DNA of 64,000 nt, taken from Octopus vulgaris (lineage: Eukaryota). Positions 13,476-26,036 of the stretch are shown piece after piece. Location of the stretch: contig OX597821.1 in assembly GCA_951406725.2 (NCBI GenBank), forward strand, positions 85,622,001 through 85,686,000, read 5' to 3'. The notes below the pieces were generated by a model, which was not told the DNA's origin, ran no database searches, and saw only the letters and a program-made list of their open reading frames with translations. Position numbers and translations under genes: made by a program. Positions within the stretch are counted from its first letter, which is position 1. Each line of letters starts with the position of its first letter.

Positions 13476-13900
13476 TATATTCACGCAAGCATAGTATTCT
13501 CAACTTGAATCCATTGAAAAGACATACATACATAAATATAAGCATTTTTATTTATACTCCAGCGAAATGGTTTTGTTATTTGCTTTTTAACGTTCTAGTC
13601 TTAGTAAGGAAAGAAACCCGCTAATACTTATTAGGGCATGTATGTCTATTGATATACAAGATTGGGACGTTGATAGAAAGTGCATATAACATGTAGAAAG
13701 AACATGAATAATAATAATAATAATAATGTAAATTTAATCATTGTAATAAAATTAGTTATTATTTCTTTAGAACTTTTTAAAATGTTTAAAACGTTTTACA
13801 ATCGAGCCAGGCTTTTAGAATTCATTTTGTATAGTAATATCGATAGTCTCTTCTACCAACGCCTTAGATTGTAAATTAGACAACACTATGTAAGTGTTTA

Positions 13901-14192
13901 GTGGAGGCAGATGGCCTAGTGGTTAGAGCAGCGGACTCGCGGTCTAGGAAACGCGGGTTCGAATCTCAGACCGGGCGATGTGTGTGTTCATGAGCGAAAC
14001 ACCTGAGCCCCACGCGGCTCCAGCAGAAGGTAATGGCGAACTTCTGCTGACTCTTTCGTCACAAATTTCTCTCGCTCTTTCCTCCTGCATCTTGCAGCTC
14101 ACCTGCGACGGACCGTCTAGATGGGGAGCCTATACGTCAAGGAAACCGGAAAGCCGGTCGTTCGAGCCAGGCGTGGCTCGAGAAGGAACAAA
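13901..14192 (+). mobile_element. tRNA-derived SINE with V-SINE-like 3' region
   Basis: TGGCCTAGTGGTTAGAGC A-box, GGGTTCGAATC B-box; 3' part resembles 39215-39472. Confidence 0.7.
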
Positions 14193-14509
14193 CAACGACA
14201 ATGTAAATTTTTGCTAAGAGAAACCTCTCCACCAGGTCCCCAAAAGGACACGATTGTCTCTACCGCTACCGCCTGGTGCCGCGTATCGAGATAGTGCCGC
14301 GTATCGAGATAGTGCCACTTAGCTACTTTGGATCTTGCGGCTTTGTTATTATTTGTCACGATTCGATTATTTTCAAAACGATCAATAATCCGATCTAAAT
14401 CTATTCCGTGTTTTCTGCATTATTTGTAATTACATAATGTGATCATCTAAAAATCTGACAGTACTACTTTTCTTCAGTGCACGTGTAACATTATCAATAC
14501 GTTAAAGGA

Positions 14510-14825
14510 GTTAGCACGCCGGACAAAAATGTTATGCGGTATTTATTCCGGCTGTTTACGTTCTGAGTTAAATTCGGCTGGGATCAACTTTGTCTTTCAT
14601 CCTTTCGGAGTCGATAAAATGAGTACCAGTTAAGCCCTGGAGGCGATGTAATCCACTTAACTCATCCCTTAAATTTAATATTGGTTTCATATTTTGGCAC
14701 AAGGCCAAGAATTTCGGGGAGGGGTAAGTCGATTACATCGACAACAGTGCTCGACTGGTACTTATTTTATTGACCCCAAAAGGATAAAAAGCGAAGTCGG
14801 CCTCGGAGGAATTTGAACTCAGAAC
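14510..14825. mobile_element. Two degenerate Meta-domain SINEs, tail-to-tail
   Basis: CTTTCATCCTTTCGGAGTCGATAAAATGAGTACCAG on +, and its reverse complement at ~14755-14800. Confidence 0.7.
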
Positions 14826-15248
14826 CAGTGGCGGTTTGTGTATAGGCACTGCGGAACTGCAGTACCCCCTATTTCCACTCGATATTATCGATAACATTCA
14901 ATACAACGAATCCTTTTCTCTTTAATTCTTTCTTTATACTTGTACATTGTATAATCCTTAAGCTTAATGTTAGTAGCCGTCCCCTAGTTTATGAAAAAAA
15001 TACAAAAATCTTTGTATAAGTACTTGAGTTGATATGTAATCTACTTAAATCTCTCCATAAAATTTGCAACATTATGTCCAAGTTAGAAATCTCTATATAT
15101 AAACGGATGTTTCAAAAATTTCATCCAAAGTCAACGAAAAGAAACTTTATATTTGCAACTGTACTTTGGTCAGTATACACACATTGAATATACAAAAAAA
15201 TACCCCAAGAAGCTCGTGAAATTCTGTGTCGGTAAGAAGTAACACAAA

Positions 15249-15761
15249 TCTATATATATAAAACTGTAGTTGTGTGAGTGTCTGTCCCCTTCGATTTAGA
15301 TTCCTAACTACTCCCACATTTTGCGGTGCAGTTTAACCAAATTCGGGTATCTTATAGTCGTGATTCATATCGAGCCCGTCTGAGTATTAGCGCGCGTCTA
15401 CGATGAGTCTACGATTTTAAAAATAATTTAACATCATTTTTTATTCCATTTTAATGCATAATTTTTCGTGTGTCGATGGCGGCGGAGTTGGCGTCCATGG
15501 TCACACCTGCACCTGTTTACTTCTCCCCCTTCTTCCCTCCCTCGTGAAGCTGTGGGGAAGGGAGTGTAAGGAAATCAACGTCGTAAAGCGTTGTCAAGGA
15601 GACCAGCGTTCTTTTAGAACAACGACTTCATGGCTTGAAGACACCAAAACAGAAATGGCTAAGAAAGCCCGAATTGGCATCTATAAGGGAAGTAACTCTC
15701 TAAAAATGCTTATATAGTTATTTCCCTTACAAACCCGAGCAACGCCGGGCGATACTGCTAG
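15249..15761 (+). mobile_element. Non-autonomous Helitron
   Basis: A|TC 5' end, subterminal hairpin CCCG-agcaacgc-CGGG, CTAG|T 3' end, no TSD. Confidence 0.9.
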
Positions 15762-17472
15762 TAGTTCATACACAGACTTAGAATACACTGAGTATAGGGT
15801 CACATTTGTACTGGTGATTATTGTTGATTTTGGTTATGTTACAAATAGTTTAAGCATTAACGTTGAAAAATCGGGGTTTTCTGGTATGAAAACTAAAAAT
15901 ACAATCCGTGTTCTGTGAATTCAATCCCTGAAACGAATAGTAAGAGAAAATATTGAAGACTTCTTTTAAGTGTAACCTAACCGAGCGGAACTCTGTTTCC
16001 TATAGAATTACTTTAAAAAGTGAAAAGTAAAATTAAGAGAACTTAGTTACATATTTAATTTCATTGAATATGGAAAGCTTGTAAAGGCATGAAAGTCTAT
16101 CAAACTGACTTTACATATTTTGTTCTCGAAAACAATTTTAACGTGAAAACGTAAAATAAGTTATCAAGAGTGTCCAGACACTTTGCTCTAAAAAAAGAAT
16201 GTAATTGCCTGGTTAGAGAGTTAAATTACATCTTAGGTTGTACGCGATGTATATTGGTAGACTTGATGTATTCTTAAAAGACCTTTAGCAAAAAGAAAGA
16301 AAAAAGAGTATTGTAACAATCAGAGAAACCGAACAGTTAAAAGCAGAAGAGTGTGACTATTTAAAACAGTGGCTTGTTAACATGATACTCTCAGAAGAAA
16401 CAGTAAAGAAGCACAGAAACCAAGTTAATGAATGTATGAGTATAAATGAACGTTTTTTAGACCTCCTCAGGATGTCTCATTGTAAAATTGCATTCAGCTG
16501 AAACAGAGTGGAATCGTCAACAGTTTGGTTGCAGTTGAGGAAATTTCAAGGTTTATTGAAACTTTTAAGATTTGGTGTATTAATGTAAAGTTCCAAACTG
16601 AATCTCAGGAGATATTTTACTTTTACCAGAAAGTTTTTTATAAGAAGTTATAGAGGTTTAAAGTTTGAAAATTTTCAACCAGTCGGACAACAGGATTTGG
16701 AAGCTGTCATTTTGTGCGTGACTTATTTTAATATGAAACTGTAAATAAATCAACTTCTGCTTTACGCACGACATATAACCCCTCATAATTTCTATTTTTT
16801 GGATTTTTCCGAAAATTTTTACAAATTTGCATTCTAAACTCGGGAATTTATGCGATTATGCAAAAGCCACAAAAGAAAAAAATTGGGGGTGCGTGACTTA
16901 AAACCTATTTGGCTGTTATTTTTAGCACATCTCTCGACCAGGGTACAAGTAGCAGAACATAGCGTCGACGTACATTCTTTTGCGTAGAACATATTTGTCA
17001 ACATGTGCTATCTCGTAGACAAAAAAGTTATCAGATTTTGCTTGTTACCATGGAAACAGGCATGAACGTGTCGGTGACTTACGATTGGCTAAAATTGGCC
17101 AAAATTTCCGAACCTTAAAAGTTAATAACTCTTTATTTATTGGATTATGGCGGAAATGAATTTCATGGCATTGATTGGCATATAAAACTACATCATTAGA
17201 CCGAATATGAAATCAGTTCGAACAGAAATTGATGAGATTGAAAATTAGTAACCAAAGGGAAAAGATCCCCAATTTTTTTAATGTGTCAACAATAGATCCT
17301 CTACGTGATTGATCGAATATCAGTAAATAACTGTCAAATCTTTATCCTATCACACTCTACCGTTTTAAAAATGAAAGGAGACATTATATAATGTAGTTCT
17401 GAATACCATATTCCTTAAACATAGATGTGATGATGATTGTTTGAACATCTTGGATGTAGTTTAATCCAAATT

Positions 17473-17559
17473 TATCAGACAGGTAGTCATGATGGGTATA
17501 CTTGGCTTCGTATATTTACTCCAGTGTCATTTTGATAGCATGCACTACTCTCTCACTCA
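17473..17559 (+). mobile_element. 5'-truncated copy of the (TAA)n-targeting element
   Basis: Matches the last ~85 nt of 11480-12024 and is followed by (ATA)n. Confidence 0.75.
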
Positions 17560-17748
17560 ATAATAATAACAACAACAACAACAACAAAAGCACCCAGAGA
17601 GCGCAAACCTCCACCAACGCAACACCAACGTCCTCTCAACGATTAACCGATGATTTTTAAAATGAGAATGCCTGAAATAAAAAATCGACTTCTCTCACAA
17701 ACGAGAATACTAAAAATGAACCCGATCGCTTTCAAACGGAAAAATAAT

Positions 17749-17827
<79 letters not shown>

Positions 17828-18079
17828 TAAGGGTATAAATTGGTATTAATCAATTAAAACCAGTGGCTTAGCTTATTAAAAAAAATCCGAAGATTAAAAA
17901 TTGTTTTACATACAAAATTTAGAGGACTGACCACTAAAAATGGACAGCCTATATGCTAGACATAGACGCCAAATCACCATTTACCACGAAGAATGTGTTC
18001 TCAAGAAAAATCTCAGCAAAAAACCAAAGTGTAAAAATAAGCAAGACAAATGAAAATATACGAAATAAAAAACGATTAC

Positions 18080-18153
18080 CTATGTACCATTGGTTTCATT
18101 TGTTAATATTTACGTATATGGATACGCAAACATCTGCAAGATCATCAGCATAG
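18080..18153 (-). ncRNA. Type I hammerhead ribozyme motif with long stem II, in a (TA)n-flanked Penelope-like fragment
   Basis: Minus strand reads CUAUG-CUGAUGA-U-cuugcag-AUGUUUGCGUAU(ccau)AUACGUAAAUAU-uaacaaa-U-GAAA-CCAAUGG-UA-CAUAG. Perfect 5-bp stem I and intact core. Confidence 0.7.
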
Positions 18154-19759
18154 TCTGTCGTTTATAAATCATAATTTCCAGAACTAGATACAGAACGCTC
18201 AACCGAAATCCAGCATGTATAAAGTTCTACAAATTATATTTATGTGTATCTTTCAAATGTTGTTGCTGTTGTATTTATTTTCTTCTCAGATCAGCCCCGA
18301 TACAGTAAATCTATAATCAAATGCGTTCCAGTCGTGACTATACCGTCTTTTTTTTCGGTGTTAGTATATTTAGAAATTCATAATTTCATGTCTACTTAAG
18401 GCGGCGAGCTGGCAGAATCGTTAGCACTCCGGGCAAAATGCTTAGCGACATTTCGTCCGACCTTAGGTTCTTTCCTTTCATCCTTTCGGGGTCGATAAAT
18501 TGAGTACTAGCGAAATACTCAAATTCTAGGCCTTGTGCCTATAGTAAAAAAGGATTATTTCATGTCTACTCAGACAGAAGTATGTGATTTGGGGGTTATT
18601 TAACAGCTGTTTCTTCGAGGTTATGCCACCACGTAACACCATCCTCGTTGAATCGACTGAATATGCTTAACAATTTATAAGTGGAATAAACTGATTTCTT
18701 ATAAGGAAGAGAAAACGTTTACTGCTGAGGTTACACGTAATATTTTGTCACAAAAATATCAAGAAATAAATGTAGGCTATAATACTTTTTCTTGTATGTA
18801 GTATGTTTTTTAACTGCTAATTTGTGGGAGTTTCAGTAATCATAAAGTACACATATATACCGAATATTTTCAAAATATTGACTGATGATTGTTTTAACAC
18901 ACTGAGCGTATTTTGTACGGTAATGAACCCATGGGAACATACAAAGAAAACCATACAAATCTCCATTTCAGTAACAAAATTAGAATGCTAAAAATAAAAC
19001 TAAAAGGAGAAAAACCGAGATATTTTAATATTTGTCTTATTAAATTTTTGATCAAACATAGAGGAAAGTATATATTTAACAAAAACGCCTCTCCCCCCAC
19101 AAAAAAGAAAGAATGCTAATAAAATCGGACATATTTTAATGAAATTTTACATTTTAAAACGATAGTCTATGATATTCTTAATGGCAAAACGAACAACGCC
19201 ATAATTGTCAGGCTATCAATGTCACTTCTTACTACTAGTAGAGGATTTGTTGGCTTCTATCTTAGCTCTGGGTCGTCGAAAATTCGGCCCGTAAGATGTC
19301 ATTGCTTTACGAATTAGCTTCTTGTATATGCGTAAGGATTGAACGATGCTTCGACTTCACAAACAGACTATACTGGTGCACAGCCGAACATCAAGATAAT
19401 TTTGCATACCAGGTTTCTTAAGTTCAGGAAAGGATATTTTCTTTCTGAATTCTGTTTCCAAAACTCACTTGTCGTTTGGGATTTATGAATTATTTTACAC
19501 GCAAGTCCTCCTACAATTCCGTTTGGTTTACTTCCAGATCAAATGATTCCATAATCAGAGGCCCGAGCACGAACAAATACCATTGATCACATTAATCAAT
19601 AATCATAAGAGGGGTGAAGCGAGAACTCGGCTTCTGCAAGTCATGAAACCTGGGTAAGAAATTAATCAAGCAGTCCAAGTAATTTATCTTTGCATTCTTT
19701 CATATTGTGGACTTTTATTTCAATATTAGTGAATGTATTCACCCTCCTATTGAGATTAG

Positions 19760-21330
19760 GAATGATACCGAAGTTCCTTTACATTATACCTCTTTGAAAA
19801 GCTCTTATCTTATTGCAAAAGCTAAAAATTGAACAAATTCTCTGGAAAGAAACACCACTGGATTCATCTTGAAGCTCCACTTCCTCAATAAAATCTCTGA
19901 AACGTCGGTGGGTCTTTCCGTTTAAGCGTATGGAATTGATAATTTCAAGAACAGATTTACTAACATATTAATTCTTGAAGTACCTGTTTTTCAGATGATC
20001 GCAATGCAAGGAACAAGAAGAAATTCTAAAGAGCTGGGATCAGCTTTCTTATCTTCGTTTATCTTTTACGTGTTTCAGTCATTGGACTGCAGTCATGCTG
20101 GGGGACCGTAATGAAGGGCTTAAACAAACAAATCGACTACAATCTTTATTTTTTAAAAAAGTTTGGTACTTATTTTATCGTTTTCTTTTACCGAACCGCT
20201 AAGTTACTCTGAGGTAACCAAACCAACGGCGGTTGTCAAAATGTGTGTGTGTGTGTGTGTGTGGTGGGGGGATGACACAGACACACACATATGACACTGT
20301 TTCAGTCTGCCAAATTCACTCACAAGGAATTAGTCAGCCTGGGGCTATAGCAGAAGACACTTGCCCAAGGTGCTACGCGTGGGACTGGACCTGAAAACTA
20401 CGTTGTTGTAAAGCTTGCTTCTTGATCACACAACCGTATCTACACTCAAATATAATTAAACCTGCATTTTCCCCATCATTGCTGGCATTCCATCTGTTGC
20501 AACATTAACTAGTTTATCCAGTGACTCATCAGCATTTGTTAGAGCTCTGCTGCGTGCATTTTTAAGGTCAACAGCATGAGTTGTTTCTCTTAATATCACT
20601 AAATTCAACGTTTTTTCTTTCACAGTTAAGAAAGAAGCAACATAACAAACAAATACTGTCAGTAGTGAGCTGTCTTGTAAATCCTTAGATTCACTGTTTG
20701 CTAAGCTGAATTCAAGGAAGATCTTTAAATCATTTTGCCTGTAATATCAACACTAATCTTGGTGATATCCCACTCTCTAGTGTAACCAATTTGGTATCTA
20801 TGCTATGATTGACTGACGTTTTGCAACAATATCAATTACATTCATCTTAACGATTTCGCAGTCAGTTTATGGGTGTTTCAGTTCAAGTGGTATTCAATGA
20901 CAACAAATTTGCTTTAGTCACTATATTGGCTTCCTTATAGAGCGTGATCATCAATAACTGCTGGCTGTTCTGTAATGATTTAACACAGATGCAGTAGCGT
21001 AACTGACGAGGGCGTTCAGCTCCGAGTTTTTATGGGGGTTGCACATTTGGCCTACTGTATAAGCCTCCATAAGCTTGGGAGTCTGAGATGAGGTCTGCTC
21101 CAGGAAGCACACACTTAAGCTACAGTACTGCACAGATGACTTGTTTCTCCTTAATTCTGGCATTTTTTTCTTTTGTGAGACTTGTTATATCTGTAGTTAC
21201 TTTGTAATGACTGTCACATGGTGAATAAGACACAGAAGTTTGATCTGTTTTGGTGAATGCAAAATCTTGTTCCCTCTCTGGCTTAAAATTTCTGTTTTCA
21301 TCTTCATGATATCGTTTCTTACAATTTAAT
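19760..21330 (-). pseudogene. Decayed hAT-family transposase (GTF2IRD2/SPIN-like), interrupted by a SINE
   Basis: Hand translation of the minus strand gives WEQDFAFT, FSLANSESKDLQD (FSLALDESTD-like), VKEKTLNLVILRETT, KLVNVATDGMPAMMGK and INSIRLNGKTHRRFRDFIEE, with stops and frameshifts. Confidence 0.8.
20050..20445 (-). mobile_element. SINE family A, diverged, inside the hAT remnant
   Basis: Reverse complement of family A motifs. Confidence 0.85.
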
Positions 21331-22124
21331 GACGCTATCTTCCTTCACAAACATTTGTTAACAAAACTTATATCAGAAGTGTACCAAATCTCTTACAAAT
21401 AGATTCACACGTTATTTACAACACATCAGTATACCTTCACATTGTAGCAGGTTTCTGCCTAGATTAGAATTACCTCGCTCAGATTTCCAGTTTAGAATCA
21501 TGGCCGAATTATATTTCCATTAAAGCTCCTGCTAGCTCTGTAGACTCAATCATATCACCATAAAAGGCATAAACGCCTAAGTAAATGTTTTTCGATTTAC
21601 AAGTTTTGGCTGACAAATTGCAAGTAATGGCGGTAGGCTTCAAAGGGAAATTGTGTAAGTTACTGTCAAACTGTATTTCCGAAGGTTCTAGAAACTTTGC
21701 CCAAAGTTATAAAAAGCTAGAATATTAAACCCTGCATGGAATTTTGTTGTGTTCCAAGAAGTAGGTTATCACAATCTTCTACTTGCTTTTGCATGACATA
21801 CACTGTGTACTATGTTCAGCAAAAGGTAATCACCCTCGTGCTCTAATACATACATACATACATACATACATACATTTAAACATCTGCATATTCTATGTAC
21901 ATATATCACAGTTTTTCCATATATCATCCTGTGACTCGCCTTGACATATCATCAGTGATGTTTCATGGGGTCATTAGGCGTTTTGGGTCTTTCGGCATCA
22001 GCCACTCTCACATAAGCGACTCAGTCGGATTTGATCAAGTCCCAGTTAATTTCCAGTTAGCCCCAATCATGGTAACTTTACCCCTTTCAGGGCTTGCATC
22101 TCCTGATTCACAGACACCTTAAAG

Positions 22125-22321
22125 CAGTGGTTTTCAACCAGGGTTCCGCGGAACCTTGGGGTTCCGCAAGAAGTTACAAAACTGCTAAAATCGGCAGTAA
22201 TTTTTAATTCTCCTGTGCAGATATGTATGCATAAGACTATTAAATTATTGTACAGGGGTTCCTCGAGCCAGTGGAATGTTTCCTTGGGGTTCCGCTCCAG
22301 CAAAAATTTTGAAAAGCACTG
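22125..22321. mobile_element. hAT (Charlie-like) MITE, 197 bp
   Basis: TIRs CAGTGGTTTTCAA / TTGAAAAGCACTG; 8-bp TSD CCTTAAAG at 22117-22124 and 22322-22329. Confidence 0.9.
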
Positions 22322-22819
22322 CCTTAAAGCAACCTCTGCTACCTCCACAGCCAACTTGATGACCTTTTTCCTACTGGCCCCTTTTATATCAAGCATGTTG
22401 TAAACTCTGCAGAAGGACAGGCCTAAAAACTCTCTACGTCTCACCACAATGGAATCACACTTTGCACGTGTCCATTGTTTTGGATTATCACAGTATTAAC
22501 TAAAATATTATTTCTGTCTTACGCATTATAAAGCATTGAATATCACATACGTGCTAGCAAATGTGTTTTACAATATAATTAATTCACTGGTGCATGTGCA
22601 AAATATAAATGTTTGAAATAATAAATATATGGAAACACATATTTTGTTTTTGGGTCATATATGTCTAAAAAAACGCAGGCTCTTACCTCCCCCTCTTACT
22701 TCTTAACTCTATATTCAAATTGCCATGATCAACTCAACATTTTACTATTTTACTATTTTCCAACTAGCTGTCTTTTGAAGTTATTTCACTATGTATCGAT
22801 TTCTATTTTTCTTATGATT

Positions 22820-23416
22820 AGTTACGGGGACGTAAACACTAACACCGGTTGTCAAGGGGTGTTGGGAAACAAACACAGACACACATACGCACACACGCGC
22901 GCGCGCGCACACACACACACACACACGCACACACACCCACACAGACGACGGGAATCGGATCTTTTCGGTTTGAACGGCAGTTTTTAACATAATTTCTAGG
23001 TAACTAAAAAATGTTAAACTTCGTATACTGGTAGAATGTGTCTATAAAACATATTTTTCTCTTGGCTTTATTGAGAGAATTCTATAGTTTGTAAGATATT
23101 TGTTGTTTTTTTTACTTCAATTTCTGCAATTTCAACCAATCACTGACGTCTATTGAGGTAAAAAAAACATTCTGTGCCGTATGAATATGTCCCTCGTTTA
23201 AGAAACAGATTGGGTTTATTTACATTTGTGAAGAAAAAAAGATACCCTTCCCCCCACCCCTAACCCTAACCCTAACCCGAACCCTAAAACAGATTGAAAT
23301 GCAATAGATCGATACTAGGGTCATAATTATGGGTGACAATTTCATATGACACCGCTAGAAAAAACTGCCGTTCAAACCGAAAAGATCCCGGGAATCTTTC
23401 AGTTTTCGTCTACCAA
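22820..23416 (-). mobile_element. SINE family A fragment, split by a MITE
   Basis: Family A sequence on both sides of 22957-23388. Confidence 0.75.
22957..23388. mobile_element. MITE with GG...CC termini and 8-bp TSD (Merlin-like), containing (CCCTAA)n
   Basis: Perfect 30-bp TIR GGATCTTTTCGGTTTGAACGGCAGTTTTTT; TSD CGGGAATC at 22949-22956 and 23389-23396; telomere-like repeats at ~23258-23287. Confidence 0.88.
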
Positions 23417-23567
23417 GAGAAAGAGAAAAAAAAAGGAATATTTTATTAAGAAAGAATCAAACGAGAAGAAAACAATAGAGAGCAGTAGAGAATTTACAGA
23501 ATTTCGTGCCTCTTATTAAAACTGTTTAGTTAATAAAGTCGCTTTCCTATCCAACAACTTCAACATT

Positions 23568-23859
23568 GAATGGTTGTATACTGTCAATCTAACACGAACG
23601 TGACAGTAGGGGTACACCACCGCTGTATAGCCCTAGGAAGCATCGACGCCTCCTGATGGCTTTGACACATTTTTCCCTGTGTCCTTATATACATTTACGA
23701 AGGGGCCGGCGGGCGGGGGTGTTTGTCTCCCCTTCGTAAATGTATATAAGGACACAGGAAAAATGTGTCAAAGTCATCAGGAGGCATCGATGCTTCCTAG
23801 GGCTATACAGCGGTGGTGTACTGTCACGTTCGTGTTAGATTGACAGTGTACAACCATTC
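23568..23859. mobile_element. Foldback/MITE-like long inverted repeat
   Basis: ~135-bp arms (23568-23705 / 23729-23859) with a 23-bp GC-rich spacer; no clear TSD. Confidence 0.8.
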
Positions 23860-24639
23860 TATCGCCCCACCACCGTACATGTCTCTACGAGAGATTTAGA
23901 AATTTAGTATTTCTAACTTCAACATTCTTATTACAAAAAAAAAAAATTGTTAGACACATATATTTCTAAAACTGAATGACTCAACAGTTATTTAGAAAAA
24001 ACGCTTCCGTTGATATTAACCCATATTTATTACTGTAGCTTTCTTATTTTTAATATGTGCCAACCTTTAAGACGTCAAACTAGCATAATCCTTACCGCGC
24101 CGGACAAAAAAAAAATATTTACCGCCATTTCTTTTACGTTGTGAGATCAAATCTCATCAAAGTCAACTTTGCAGTTCATCCTTTCGGGATCGTTAAAATA
24201 AGTACCAGTCAGATACTGAACTCGATGGTATGGACTACACTCCTCCCCTTAATGTTGCTGGCCTTGTGCCAAAATTTGGTACCAATCGTTTCCTCTTTTT
24301 ACTGCTATTTTCTTTTTATTTTACCACCATTTTCTACAGAGTATTTGCAGCAAGCAGTTTCTCTTCGATGGAATCTTTTCCACTGATTTTCACGTTCGCT
24401 AGAGTTTTGTTTCTTTGATATACCTAATATACTACCAAATTTAGTAACACTCTATGATTGCTGGATGTCTGTAGAAGAGTTTATTTTATTATAGGTATTT
24501 GATCCAGTCCACCAATGTTTTTTCTGAAGACATTGATATAAATATTGATCATACTGGTCATCAATCACATTAATCTCTCTAGTGTAAGAAGGACTGCATT
24601 GACCATTCCCTTCATGTTTAGTTTATATATTTTTATCGT

Positions 24640-25320
24640 TTACTTTTTCTTGTTTCAGTCATTGGACTGCGACCATGCAGGGATACCGCCTCGCAGGGTT
24701 TAGTCGAACAAATCGACTCCCTACACTAATTTTCAAATCTGGTACTTGTTCTATCGGTCTCCTTTTCCCGAACCGGTATTTTATGGGGACATGGAAAAAC
24801 CACTGTCAGTTGTCAAGCAATGGTGAGAGACTAACACACACGCAAAGACACATACACGCAACATAGACACTCACACGCACATGCATGCATACATACATAC
24901 ATACATCCAAACATACATACATACATACATATATTATATGGTATATATACATATGTATACACACACACACACACACACACATGGTAGGCACACGAAAGCA
25001 ATGTTGTGAATTAAACAAACTTTCAGATAATTTCAAATATGTTTGGGACATATTTGACCTGTAAAAAAAAAAAAGGGCCGTTTTCACTGCAATTTGCAAT
25101 AGAGAAGAAACATTCTCACTTTAACCGAAATGTGTAAAACACCAAAATAATTTCAGAACACCCCTAATATATACAACCGGCTTCCACACAGTTTCCGTCA
25201 ATTAAATTCACTTACAGGGCATTGGTCGGTCTGGGGCTAACATAGAAGACACCAGCCCAAGGTGCCGCGCAGTGAGACTCAACCTGAAATCTCGTGGTGG
25301 CAAAGCGAGCTTGTTAACCG
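24640..25320 (-). mobile_element. SINE family A, diverged, with an internal Tc1-like fragment (~24986-25170)
   Basis: Family A ends on either side; the insert ends AATTTCAGAACACCCCTAATA. Confidence 0.65.
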
Positions 25321-25708
25321 AACACGCACACACAAAAAATACTATTAGATATGTTCTGTTTCATAATAGATTTATCATTGATGTATTTAATTCATCCAGG
25401 AAAAATATATGACTGATTTTTCTTTTATTTAAAATTAAATCCACCAGGCAATTAATATATGATCCTTAGTGTGTTTATTCCGTTATTAATGTTAATCTTC
25501 GGTTAATTTTCCTAGCATTAAGATTAGATATCAATAACTGTGTTTCTGTGTTAATTAAAATGTGTTAAGTAATTGGAAATTACTGAAATAAATAAATTTC
25601 TCTTGATTTTGTAGCTTTTAAAAACAGAATATTAAAATCGTGTTAATGTGATACTCCCTGTATATAGAAATACGCATGTATACACACATGTGTGCATTTT
25701 AATATAAC

Positions 25709-25858
25709 CAGAGGCGTAGCTACAATTTGTGCTGCCTGGGGTGGTTCTTGATTTTTGCCGCCCCTCACCCGTTACGAAAAAAACAACATGAAGTTCCACT
25801 TTCAAAATATGCCGCCCGAGACGAACGGCCTTCCTCGCCCTCTTTTAGCCGCGCTAGC
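25709..25858. mobile_element. Degenerate hAT-like MITE
   Basis: CAGAGGCGTAGCTA left end, decayed inverted copy TAGCCGCGCTA at right, internal GCCGCCC repeats. Confidence 0.45.
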
Positions 25859-26036
25859 GAACACATGCTATAGTATTTTAAAATAAAAATCAACCAGAAA
25901 CGATAAAGTAGAAGCGATTGAACTCTTGACTCCAGTCTAACACCATCGCCTATTCCTTATGCACTTTAGTAGAGCTCATTCTGTTGCAAGTGCTCGGATC
26001 AGATCTGTCACCGATGACGTTTTGTTTCAGCAGACA

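Noticed and set aside
21000-21035. CTGACGA + hairpin (similar cases at ~6730, ~23775, ~46334, ~58256)
   Set aside because: No correctly placed GAAA / stem III / UH; some lie inside other elements.
23258-23287. Telomere or chromosome fusion site
   Set aside because: Only about five units, internal to a MITE.
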